From: an uncultured virus (IMG/VR IMGVR_UViG_3300037153_000398)
Taxonomy: Duplodnaviria > Heunggongvirae > Uroviricota > Caudoviricetes
DNA length: 20,000 nt
IMG/VR virus record: IMGVR_UViG_3300037153_000398
Reading direction: 5' to 3' (one strand)
The notes under the pieces were generated by a model, which was given only the letters and a program-made list of their open reading frames with translations, ran no database searches and was not told the origin of the DNA. Below, piece after piece: positions 9,113-16,068 of this stretch. The translations under genes and the position numbers were made by a program. Numbering within the stretch: the first letter of the stretch is position 1; every line of letters begins with the position of its first letter.

Positions 9113-10024
9113 ATGCCGAAGAGAATCGCGTCACCGTTGTCGCGCAAGGCGACGCTGGTCGCTGTGGAAATTTCGCAGTGGACGGCGCGCAAGTACGACA
9201 AGCGCGTCACCGAAAAGGTCAACCGCGAGCACGGTGCGGCCGAAGACGCCGGGCGCTACAACAAGCTGCTCATTCAGGCGGATCGCCTGAAGCGCATCAA
9301 CTGCCTCGTGTCGCAGGCCCGGACGCTGCACTACAAGTACACGAAACCGTGGGCCGACGAAGGCTTGCGCATCCTGCCGAACACTCTGCACGCCAAATTC
9401 GCCGACGAGTTTCGCGTCATCAAGCGCGAGTTTGATGAAGCGGCCGACGACTTCGCCCGCGACTATCCGGTCTTCGTTGAAGAGCGGAAGCGCGAGCTGA
9501 ACGGCCTCTTCAATGAAGGCGACTATCCTGCGCCCGGCGACATCCGGGCCAAGTTTCGCCTGAAGATCAAACCGTACCCGGTGCCGGAAGCCGACGACTT
9601 CCGCTCCGATACGCTCGACGACGACACGCTCGACGACATCAGGCGCGAGCTGATGGACGCCCACGCCGACGCGGCGACGGCCGTGACCCAAGACACGGTC
9701 AAGCAAATCGTCGACGTGGTCGGGCACATGAGCGAAAAGCTGAAAGCCTACACGGGCGGTCAGCCGGGCGACGACGACGAAGACAGGTCGAAGCCCAAAA
9801 ACTTCTTCACCGACTCGCTGGTCGGCAACGTGCGGTCGCTCGCCGAGCTGCTGCCGCACTTCAATCTGCACGATGATCCGAAACTGAAAAAGATCATCGG
9901 CCGCATCCAACGCGAGCTGTGCGTCGAGGAAGCGGCCACGCTGCGCGAGAACGAGAAAGCGCGCGCCGTGGTGCAGAAAAGCGCCGACGACATCCTGCGC
10001 GATGTCAATGCGCTTCTCGGCTGA
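9113..10024 (+). CDS. Helical phage protein, DUF3150-like
   Basis: 303 aa between the AAA and vWA genes. Motifs VEISQWTARKYDK, NKLL, TKPWADEGLRILP, FARDYP, LFNEGDYP and FNLHDDP are typical of the middle gene of this trio (from memory). Confidence 0.7.
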   Translation: MPKRIASPLSRKATLVAVEISQWTARKYDKRVTEKVNREHGAAEDAGRYNKLLIQADRLKRINCLVSQARTLHYKYTKPWADEGLRILPNTLHAKFADEFRVIKREFDEAADDFARDYPVFVEERKRELNGLFNEGDYPAPGDIRAKFRLKIKPYPVPEADDFRSDTLDDDTLDDIRRELMDAHADAATAVTQDTVKQIVDVVGHMSEKLKAYTGGQPGDDDEDRSKPKNFFTDSLVGNVRSLAELLPHFNLHDDPKLKKIIGRIQRELCVEEAATLRENEKARAVVQKSADDILRDVNALLG

Positions 10025-10086
10025 TCAAACAAACCACCGCTTCGGCCAATCCCGGCCGAAGCCGCCAACCGGAGTCACAAAACGCA

Positions 10087-11625
10087 ATGTCAGAGATTGA
10101 CAGGGCAGCCGCCGAGCGCGTCATGCGCGCGCGTGCCGAGCTGATTCAGAGCCACACGTTTTACGGCGTGCTGGTTTCGAATGTCGAGCCGAAGCCGTCG
10201 CGGGTTTTCCCGACGATGGCGACCAACGGCGCGACCCACTTCTACAATCCCGACTACATCATGAAGCTGACGCCGAAACAGGTACTCGGCGTGCAGCGGC
10301 ATGAGAGCGAGCACGACGGCCGCCGCCACCATACGCGGCGCGGCAAGCGCGATCCGAGGGAATGGAATATCTGCACCGACTTGGCCATCAACATCGACTT
10401 GGTCGACGAAGGTGTCGAGCTTCCGCCCGGCGCGCTGGTCGACGCGAAATATCGCGGCTGGTCGGCCGAAGACATCTACCGCGCTCGCGAGCTGGACCGC
10501 CTAAAGGAACAGCAAGAGCAAGAGAAGCAACGCCAGCAACAAAACCCCTCGCAAGATGCCGAAGACGGCAAGAGCGGCGGCGATGGCGATGGCGACGACG
10601 GCGACCGCGAACAACAGCCGGACGGCGGCGACGCTGATCAACAGCCGGACGGCGACCGCGATCAAGATGGCGACGACGGCGACACGCATGGCGACAAGCC
10701 CGGCGATGACGAAGCCGACGAAGCCGGCGACGCGGAAGGCCAAGGCGGCGGCGAGCCCGGCGAAGAGCCCGGCGACGAAGCCGGTGCAGCCGGCAGCGAC
10801 GACGCTTCCGGTAATGAACCGAGCGACGAAGCTGCCGGCGCGAGCGCCGCTGATGGCGGCGCGGACGGCGAACCGGACGGGCAAACGTCCAGCGCGCCGA
10901 TGTCGTGCGGCGATCCGGGCGGCTGCGGCGAAGTGCTCGACGCACCCGCCGAAGAGCCGGCCGACATCGCCGACGAAGACGGCAAGTGGGAACGGATATT
11001 GCGCCAAGCCGCTTCGCTCGCGGCCAAGCGCGGCAACGCTCCCGGTCATGTCTCTCGCGAAATCGAGCGGGCCGATAAGCCGCCGCAAGACTGGCGCGAG
11101 ACGTTGCGCGCGTGGTTCGATCAAGGCGCGGCGCGCATCGAAACCTGGGCGCGGCCCAATCGTCGCTTTATCAGCTCCGGAATCTACCTGCCGGGCTCGC
11201 AACGCGACGGCATCAACCGCGCCGTCTTCCTGATCGATACATCCGGCTCGATGGACAAGATCGCGCTCGCTTGCATCAACACGGAAGCACAAGCCGCACT
11301 CGACGAAGGCATCATCGACGAAGCCGTCGTCATCTATGGTGACACGCGCGTCACCCGAGTCGACACTTACCGCAGCGGGGACCAAATCGAATTCGATCCT
11401 CGCGGCGGCGGCGGGACCAGATTAAACCCGCTGTTCGATTACGTGCGCGATCAGCTCGACGACGTGTCACTGATCGTTTGCTTCACCGACATGGAAATCG
11501 GCGATCCCGGCCCCGAGCCGGCCGCGCCGGTCCTGTTCGCGGCGACGGGCTATCCCGACAAGGTGCGGCGCTATCTCGCCGATGCACCGTGGGGCGCGCC
11601 CGGCATCGATGTCGGCTCGCATTGA
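10087..11625 (+). CDS. DUF2201-like protein: HExxH putative metallopeptidase, acidic linker, vWA domain
   Basis: TMATNG, HESEH, WNICTDLAIN; ~130-aa Asp/Glu/Gly linker; MIDAS motif IDTSGSM, GGGGT and FTD. ATG 10087 follows CCGGAGTCAC. Confidence 0.88.
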   Translation: MSEIDRAAAERVMRARAELIQSHTFYGVLVSNVEPKPSRVFPTMATNGATHFYNPDYIMKLTPKQVLGVQRHESEHDGRRHHTRRGKRDPREWNICTDLAINIDLVDEGVELPPGALVDAKYRGWSAEDIYRARELDRLKEQQEQEKQRQQQNPSQDAEDGKSGGDGDGDDGDREQQPDGGDADQQPDGDRDQDGDDGDTHGDKPGDDEADEAGDAEGQGGGEPGEEPGDEAGAAGSDDASGNEPSDEAAGASAADGGADGEPDGQTSSAPMSCGDPGGCGEVLDAPAEEPADIADEDGKWERILRQAASLAAKRGNAPGHVSREIERADKPPQDWRETLRAWFDQGAARIETWARPNRRFISSGIYLPGSQRDGINRAVFLIDTSGSMDKIALACINTEAQAALDEGIIDEAVVIYGDTRVTRVDTYRSGDQIEFDPRGGGGTRLNPLFDYVRDQLDDVSLIVCFTDMEIGDPGPEPAAPVLFAATGYPDKVRRYLADAPWGAPGIDVGSH

Positions 11626-11721
11626 GCACTAAGGGCGGCGGCTTCGGCCGCCGCCTCGTAGTGTTCATTCCGGACACTCGCCGCACTGCGCGGCGGCATC
11701 AAACAAACCGAGTCACACAGA
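11623..11721 (+). repeat. Structured intergenic leader element, copy C
   Basis: TGAGCACTA-AG-GGCGGCGGC-TTCG-GCCGCCGCC-TCG-TAGTGTTCA; alternative partner GGACACT; hairpin CGCCGC/GCGGCG; ACCGAGTCAC. Confidence 0.88.
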
Positions 11722-12117
11722 ATGTCAGAACCTTGCGAACCTTTTGGCCCCGACTATCCGCGCGAGCTTGGCGCGGCGGTCGCCCGTTTCCGAACCGCTG
11801 CGCGGCGCGGCGGCGTCAAGAGCAAAGCCGAGAAGCACGCTTACGGCGACGCGGTCGGCAACGCCATCTTGGCGCTACAGCGGCGCGAGCTGATGGCCTG
11901 CCTCAAGCCGGCCAATCCGAAGATCAACTGCGCGAGCGGCACCGTCTACAACACGGGTGCCGAAATTCACGCGGCGCTTCGCCGACAGCAACGCAATGCG
12001 CTCGCCAACTATCCGAGCGCCGTGCGCCGGGCTCGCACGCCCGAGCAATGGCGCAAGATGTACGCTGACGCGATGAAGCAAAAACGCGCGCGGCTTGCGC
12101 TGCAGGCCGCCGCATAA
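11722..12117 (+). CDS. Hypothetical basic protein (131 aa)
   Basis: Directly follows leader copy C and fills the gap to the next RBS motif. Confidence 0.75.
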   Translation: MSEPCEPFGPDYPRELGAAVARFRTAARRGGVKSKAEKHAYGDAVGNAILALQRRELMACLKPANPKINCASGTVYNTGAEIHAALRRQQRNALANYPSAVRRARTPEQWRKMYADAMKQKRARLALQAAA

Positions 12118-12135
12118 ACACCAACGGAGTCACCA

Positions 12136-12414
12136 ATGATCACGCCTACCGAACGCCAGCTTATCCACGACATCGCCGACCGCGCGAGCAAGCTTTACGA
12201 AGCGCACGGCGTCAAGGTCGCGCCGCCGTTCATCGCGACGGAGCTGGAAATCGTACACGACAAGGTGTGCGCACTTCGGCTCGCCGAATTGCGCGACGCC
12301 AAGGATGTCGACCTTGCGCACGACATCGCCGGCATTCACGACCACCTGCAATCGGAGCCCGGCCGGCGCGGCACCTACAGGCTCGACGGCTTCTCGCCGC
12401 GTTTCAGGAAGTGA
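12136..12414 (+). CDS. Small phage protein, DUF6874-like
   Basis: IADRA...H..C.LRL.EL..A...DLAHDIAGI..HL...F.PRF pattern; AACGGAGTCAC upstream. Confidence 0.7.
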   Translation: MITPTERQLIHDIADRASKLYEAHGVKVAPPFIATELEIVHDKVCALRLAELRDAKDVDLAHDIAGIHDHLQSEPGRRGTYRLDGFSPRFRK

Positions 12415-12599
12415 GCAACCAAATGCGCGACCTGCGTGACCGCCTTGGCGAAGCGTTACGACGCCATCGCCACGGCCTCATTCGCCCGCTGTGGGCCGAT
12501 ATGAACGAGCCGGATCGCGAAGCCTACCGGCGAGCGGCCGACATGTTTGTTAGGACCGCGAACGGCGTCGGCATCGTCATTACAACAAGCGAGGAATGA
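12411..12599 (+). CDS. Hypothetical protein (~60 aa)
   Basis: GTGA overlap with the upstream stop (alternative ATG at 12423); LWADMNEPDREAYRRAA; its stop begins leader copy D. Confidence 0.65.
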   Translation: MSNQMRDLRDRLGEALRRHRHGLIRPLWADMNEPDREAYRRAADMFVRTANGVGIVITTSEE

Positions 12600-12693
12600 C
12601 CGCTACAGGCCAGCGCCGCGCGCGCTGGCCGATAGTGCTCATTCGAGCACACGCCGCCATGCCAAGCGGCGACACCCCCAACGGAGTCACAAC
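12597..12693 (+). repeat. Structured intergenic leader element, copy D
   Basis: TGACCGCTA-CA-GGCCAGCGC-loop-GCGCTGGCC-GA-TAGTGCTCA; alternative partner GAGCAC; hairpin CGCCGC/GCGGCG; AACGGAGTCAC at 12680-12690. Confidence 0.9.
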
Positions 12694-13107
12694 ATGATCC
12701 AACCGAAAACCATCACGCTGGTCCGCGCCGAAGGGCTGATCGCCGAGTGCGACCGGCCAGAAACCGCGAAGACCTGGGCGCACGCGAACGCGATCCTGTT
12801 TCGCTGGTCGCGAACCGCGCCCGAGCACGGCGGCTATGACAAGTGCGACTTCACCATCATCTTCGAAGATGGCTACGAGTACAAAGGCCGCTACGACCTG
12901 ATGCACTACAGGCGCGAGCATCCGGACCTTGCCCGGCACGTCCGCAGCTTCATGCGGTATCTTGCCGGCGAACTGCCGGAATGGTGCGTCGAGCAAAAGG
13001 ACATCGAGCGCGTGCGCCGGCACCAACAATCGCTTGGCGAAGAGTCGAAGCGCGAAGCGGTGGCGTGGCTCGAAACCCACGACTGCGGTCAGGCGGTCAA
13101 GTCATGA
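12694..13107 (+). CDS. Stand-alone LPD25-like (large polyvalent protein-associated domain) protein
   Basis: GGYDKCDFTIIFEDGYEYKGRYDL matches the remembered LPD25 signature GYDKT.F.I...G..Y.GR.D. Confidence 0.65.
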   Translation: MIQPKTITLVRAEGLIAECDRPETAKTWAHANAILFRWSRTAPEHGGYDKCDFTIIFEDGYEYKGRYDLMHYRREHPDLARHVRSFMRYLAGELPEWCVEQKDIERVRRHQQSLGEESKREAVAWLETHDCGQAVKS

Positions 13108-13217
13108 GCGTTTGGCTTACTGCCTTGGCCCTCTACTTGTCGCCGACCGTGATCATCCTCGCGGTGGTCGCGGTCATCGTGATCGCGGATCGCCTTCGAC
13201 GACGGAGACAGCCATGA
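13104..13217 (+). CDS. Small single-pass membrane protein (37 aa)
   Basis: MSVWLTALALYLSPTVIILAVVAVIVIADRLRRRRQP; ATGA-coupled at both ends. Confidence 0.7.
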   Translation: MSVWLTALALYLSPTVIILAVVAVIVIADRLRRRRQP

Positions 13218-13459
13218 GCCGCAAACGCGAAGACATGTCCCTGCCGTGGAAGAGTCCGTACTGGACGCGCGCCCGCACGGGCGACCACGTCTACGACGCC
13301 AACGATCCGCGCCACGCGGCGCGGCTTAACGCCATCCACAACGGCATCGCCTACGTCCGGTTTTTCGACACCGGCTACAAGGGCGAAATCAAGCTCGACG
13401 ATCTTCGCCAAGTCGGCAAGCGCCCCTTGGACAAGACCGAAGACTCGCCGTGGCTATGA
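13214..13459 (+). CDS. Hypothetical protein, possibly SH3/KOW-like barrel (81 aa)
   Basis: GGAG RBS; ATGA-coupled at both ends; GDHV...AYVRFFDTG...IKLDDLR pattern. Confidence 0.65.
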   Translation: MSRKREDMSLPWKSPYWTRARTGDHVYDANDPRHAARLNAIHNGIAYVRFFDTGYKGEIKLDDLRQVGKRPLDKTEDSPWL

Positions 13460-13716
13460 GCGGGCCTCTGCCTATCCAATCGCGGATGGCCCGCGCCGGC
13501 TTGCGGTGGGGCATTCGCGACCTTGCCCGCGCCGCCAAGGTGTCGGTCGACACCGTCGTCCGTTTCGAGCGCGGCGAAGAGCTGAAGGCCAGAACGGTCG
13601 AAGCTCTTCAACGCGCCTTCGAGCTGGCCGGCGTCGAATTCACCACGGGCGACCGGCCGGGCCTGCGCTTGTCCGCAAACGATTGTCGCGGCCGAACAAG
13701 TCCTAATGACCGTTGA
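13456..13716 (+). CDS. XRE-family HTH transcriptional regulator
   Basis: QSRMARAGLRWGIRDLARAAKVSVDTVVRFERG...ALQRAFELAGVEF...PGLRL, a type common in Alphaproteobacteria. Confidence 0.9.
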   Translation: MSGPLPIQSRMARAGLRWGIRDLARAAKVSVDTVVRFERGEELKARTVEALQRAFELAGVEFTTGDRPGLRLSANDCRGRTSPNDR

Positions 13717-13817
13717 GCTGCTACAGGCCAGCGTGCGCGACGTGCGTGCGCTGGCCGATAGTGCTCACCGAGCACTCGCCGCCAACGCGCGGCGCACCAA
13801 ACCAAAACGGAGTCACC
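13714..13817 (+). repeat. Structured intergenic leader element, copy E
   Basis: TGAGCTGCTA-CA-GGCCAGCGT...GCGCTGGCC-GA-TAGTGCTCA; alternative partner GAGCACT; hairpin CGCCGC/GCGGCG; AACGGAGTCAC at 13806-13816. Confidence 0.9.
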
Positions 13818-14018
13818 ATGACCAAGAAACAGACGGCCGGCCACAAGGCCGCCGCCACCCGTCGCCGTCGCGCGGCCGGCCGCAAGGCCGCCGTCACCCG
13901 TCGCCGTCGCAAGGCCGCCCATAAGGCTCACGCAACACGCCGGCACCGGAAAGCGACACGTCGCCGGGCTGCGCTCAAAGCGCACGCCACGCGGCGGCGC
14001 ACGGCGCGGAAGTCGTAA
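13818..14018 (+). CDS. Protamine/histone H1-like highly basic protein (66 aa)
   Basis: Four A-[AG]-x-KA-x-[AV]-TRR repeats, no acidic residues, conserved RBS motif before ATG 13818. Confidence 0.75.
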   Translation: MTKKQTAGHKAAATRRRRAAGRKAAVTRRRRKAAHKAHATRRHRKATRRRAALKAHATRRRTARKS

Positions 14019-14052
14019 AGTCGAATCAAACAATGCAAAAACGGAGTCATCA

Positions 14053-14439
14053 ATGAGAAAGCTACTTTTCGCGCTCGCCGTCACAGCGGCGGCGGTTCTG
14101 CCGGCGCACGCCGACATGGACTCGGACTATCACAACAAGCTGAACCAGCAGCTCGATATGGAGAAAGCCGTACAACAGCTCGACCGGCGCACCGATCAGT
14201 TCAGCAACTATCTTGGCGCATTGACGCAGGCGCAACTCGGCAACGTCTATCGTCGGCTGACGCCCTACATCGATCAGAGCCACACCGACTGCAACTCTTC
14301 GGGACACAAGCTGGCGTTCTGCATGTTGCTCGGCGCGGTGCAACACTGCGTCCATGTCAACTTCGGCGACATCAAGGAAAGCGACCCTGACATGATCGCC
14401 ATGTGTCGCTGGATCGATGCCACGAAGACCACGAATTAA
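14053..14439 (+). CDS. Secreted/periplasmic protein with four Cys (128 aa)
   Basis: Signal peptide MRKLLFALAVTAAAVLPAHA-; AACGGAGTCAT upstream. Confidence 0.8.
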   Translation: MRKLLFALAVTAAAVLPAHADMDSDYHNKLNQQLDMEKAVQQLDRRTDQFSNYLGALTQAQLGNVYRRLTPYIDQSHTDCNSSGHKLAFCMLLGAVQHCVHVNFGDIKESDPDMIAMCRWIDATKTTN

Positions 14440-14452
14440 AGCGACGACGATC

Positions 14453-14498
14453 AACCCCGGTCGGGCCGCGTTCGCGCGCGGTCCTGCCGGGGTTTTTT
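14453..14498 (+). terminator. Rho-independent terminator closing the plus-strand operon
   Basis: CCCCGG..GGGCCGCG-loop-CGCGGTCC..CCGGGG stem followed by TTTTTT. Confidence 0.85.
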
Positions 14499-14574
14499 AT
14501 TGGTTGCGCCGGATCGCGACCCCAAGGCATTTACGTTAAGAATTGTCTTGGCTTGGTTTTTCAAACCCGGCCAA

Positions 14575-14624
14575 TTGACGCGGTGCCAGCGTGGCCCCTA
14601 TTTTAAGATAGGGCATATTGCCCT
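14575..14624 (+). promoter_or_regulatory. Putative promoter and operator of the second HTH gene
   Basis: TTGACG(14575)-N18-TATTTT(14599). The spacer holds GGTGCCAGCGTGGCCCC, and the palindrome AGGGCATATTGCCCT lies at 14610-14624. Confidence 0.6.
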
Positions 14625-14661
14625 CACAAAAAAAACGCGAGGAAGAAAAGGGCTTGGGTGT

Positions 14662-14877
14662 ATGGCTAGACACGCTACCGACAGCGACTTCGTTCGCGAA
14701 GCACGCAGTCGACTTGGAATGACGCAGGACCAATTCGCCTGCCTGATCGGATCGTCGAAGCGAACCATCAAGCGCGTCGAGGCCGGTCAGCCCTTGGACC
14801 TGATCGTTCGCATTGGTATCGTGAGCGTGCTCGACGTGGTCGAGCGGTTTTCGAAGATCAAAGCCGAACAGGCTTGA
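14662..14877 (+). CDS. XRE-family HTH regulator (71 aa)
   Basis: VREARSRLGMTQDQFACLIGSSKRTIKRVEAG. Confidence 0.85.
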   Translation: MARHATDSDFVREARSRLGMTQDQFACLIGSSKRTIKRVEAGQPLDLIVRIGIVSVLDVVERFSKIKAEQA

Positions 14878-15042
14878 CGCTCTTCGACGTGGGCTCGGCG
14901 CGGCGCGCTTAGTCGTCCGTCGCGACACCGCATCGGAGCGGACCAGCGGGCGGTGTCCGTAACAACACCCGTAGCGGCGGCGGTGACGTGGTGCGTGAGC
15001 TAGTGACTCGCCCCCCATGCTCACCGGCCGCCGTCCGCTTTT

Positions 15043-15291
15043 TCAGACGCGCGCTCCCCACCAATCGCGCTGGCAGCGCGTGCAGAACATCGCGCACCAG
15101 CTCGCGTCATTCCAGATGATCAGCTCGGCGAAGTGCGGGTCTTCCTGTTCGCTCGGCAGCTTGTCGTAGCAATAGCTGCAGTGCGTCGGCGGCGGCGCGG
15201 TCGGCGGGCTCCATTGCACCTTCGCCCAATCGAAGCCGGCGCGCGGCTGAAGCGTCTGGAAGCGGCGATAGGCTTCGGTGGCCGGGCTCAT
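15043..15291 (-). CDS. Hypothetical protein with two CxxC motifs (putative Zn finger)
   Basis: CSYC...CTRC; ATGA-coupled to the upstream gene. Confidence 0.65.
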   Translation of the reverse strand: MSPATEAYRRFQTLQPRAGFDWAKVQWSPPTAPPPTHCSYCYDKLPSEQEDPHFAELIIWNDASWCAMFCTRCQRDWWGARV

Positions 15292-15737
15292 GCCGCGACG
15301 CCCCTGCGCACCTTGACGCGCGACGCGCCGAAGTTGACGACGCGCTCGCCCTCGTAGCTCGGGCTCGCCGGCTCGGGCTCTTGCTTTTCGGCGGCGGCGG
15401 CCGGCGCGAACGGATCGCTCTGCACCGCGACCGCGCCGCTCAACGGCGTCGAAGTTATTTCGTCGAGCGTGATGCGCCAGTAGTCGAGATATTGGCCGCC
15501 CGCGACGCCGGTCGTCTTCGCGGCGTCGATGGCGACCGTCACCGCGCCCGGATCAGGCCCGGCCGTAATCTCGAACTCGCCCTCTTGGAAAGCCGGCGCG
15601 CGATTGCCGGCTTGGACGAGCGTCCATTGCACGGTGGCGTTGGTCAGGTCGATGGGATCGCCGGCAGCGTCGAGCAGCACGGCGCTGATAGTCCAGTCGT
15701 CGCCACCGATCAGCCCAATGAGCTGATGCACGCGCAT
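15288..15737 (-). CDS. Beta-rich putative structural protein (BppU N-terminal-like)
   Basis: GDDWTISAVLLDAAGDPIDLTNATVQWTL pattern; AAGGA RBS. Confidence 0.65.
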   Translation of the reverse strand: MRVHQLIGLIGGDDWTISAVLLDAAGDPIDLTNATVQWTLVQAGNRAPAFQEGEFEITAGPDPGAVTVAIDAAKTTGVAGGQYLDYWRITLDEITSTPLSGAVAVQSDPFAPAAAAEKQEPEPASPSYEGERVVNFGASRVKVRRGVAA

Positions 15738-15749
15738 GGCGGTTTTCCT

Positions 15750-15905
15750 TCAGCGCAGCAGCGGCGATGCGCCACCGATCAGCAGGACCAGAAAATAGAG
15801 CGCCAGCGCCAGCCAGCCGAAATGCAAACGCGGCAGCTCAACGCCGACCGTCGCCAGCACGGCGCACACAAGCGCGATGATCAGCAGAATTGTTGCGAGC
15901 GACAT
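15750..15905 (-). CDS. Small two-TM membrane protein (51 aa)
   Basis: Below the ORF-track cutoff. MSLATILLIIALVCAVLATVGVELPRLHFGWLALALYFLVLLIGGASPLLR*; GAGGA RBS. Confidence 0.7.
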   Translation of the reverse strand: MSLATILLIIALVCAVLATVGVELPRLHFGWLALALYFLVLLIGGASPLLR

Positions 15906-16059
15906 GGTTCATTCCTCTCGGGCTGTACCTGTCACGGGGATGCGGTTTTTCGGGCTGCGCCTGTTCGCCCTCGCAGCAGTGGATGATGCCGGCACCGCTG
16001 CAGTGCGAGCAGATAAGGCCACCCGCGTAGGGGTGGCCGTGGCAGCTCGGGCAAATCAT
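15838..16059 (-). CDS. Small Cys-rich protein (DnaJ-type Zn finger motifs)
   Basis: CPSCHGH..CSHCSGAG..HCCEG; the tail overlaps the next gene by 68 nt. Confidence 0.6.
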   Translation of the reverse strand: MICPSCHGHPYAGGLICSHCSGAGIIHCCEGEQAQPEKPHPRDRYSPRGMNHVARNNSADHRACVRRAGDGRR

Positions 16060-16068
16060 TTGCCCGGC

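Noticed and set aside
10039..10086. A sixth full copy of the leader element before the vWA gene
   Set aside because: Only one hairpin and the GAGTCAC motif are present; P1/P2 are missing. Counted as a motif-only site.
9013..13817. Repeated elements as a CRISPR array or classical integron attC sites
   Set aside because: They are separated by whole genes rather than 30-40 nt spacers, there are no cas genes, and they lack the RYYYAAC/GTTRRRY attC ends and an integrase in the window.
9013..13817. Repeated elements as intrinsic terminators or hammerhead ribozymes
   Set aside because: No U-tract follows the main stems, and no CUGANGA/GAAA core is conserved across copies.
15003..15009. GTGACTC, complementary to the GAGTCAC motif, as an antisense regulator
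   Set aside because: A single 7-mer match is expected by chance in 20 kb, and complementarity does not extend.
14536..15097. Minus-strand ORFs 14536..15024 and 14909..15097
   Set aside because: One is antisense to the HTH gene and its promoter, the other overlaps a better gene. Neither has recognisable features.
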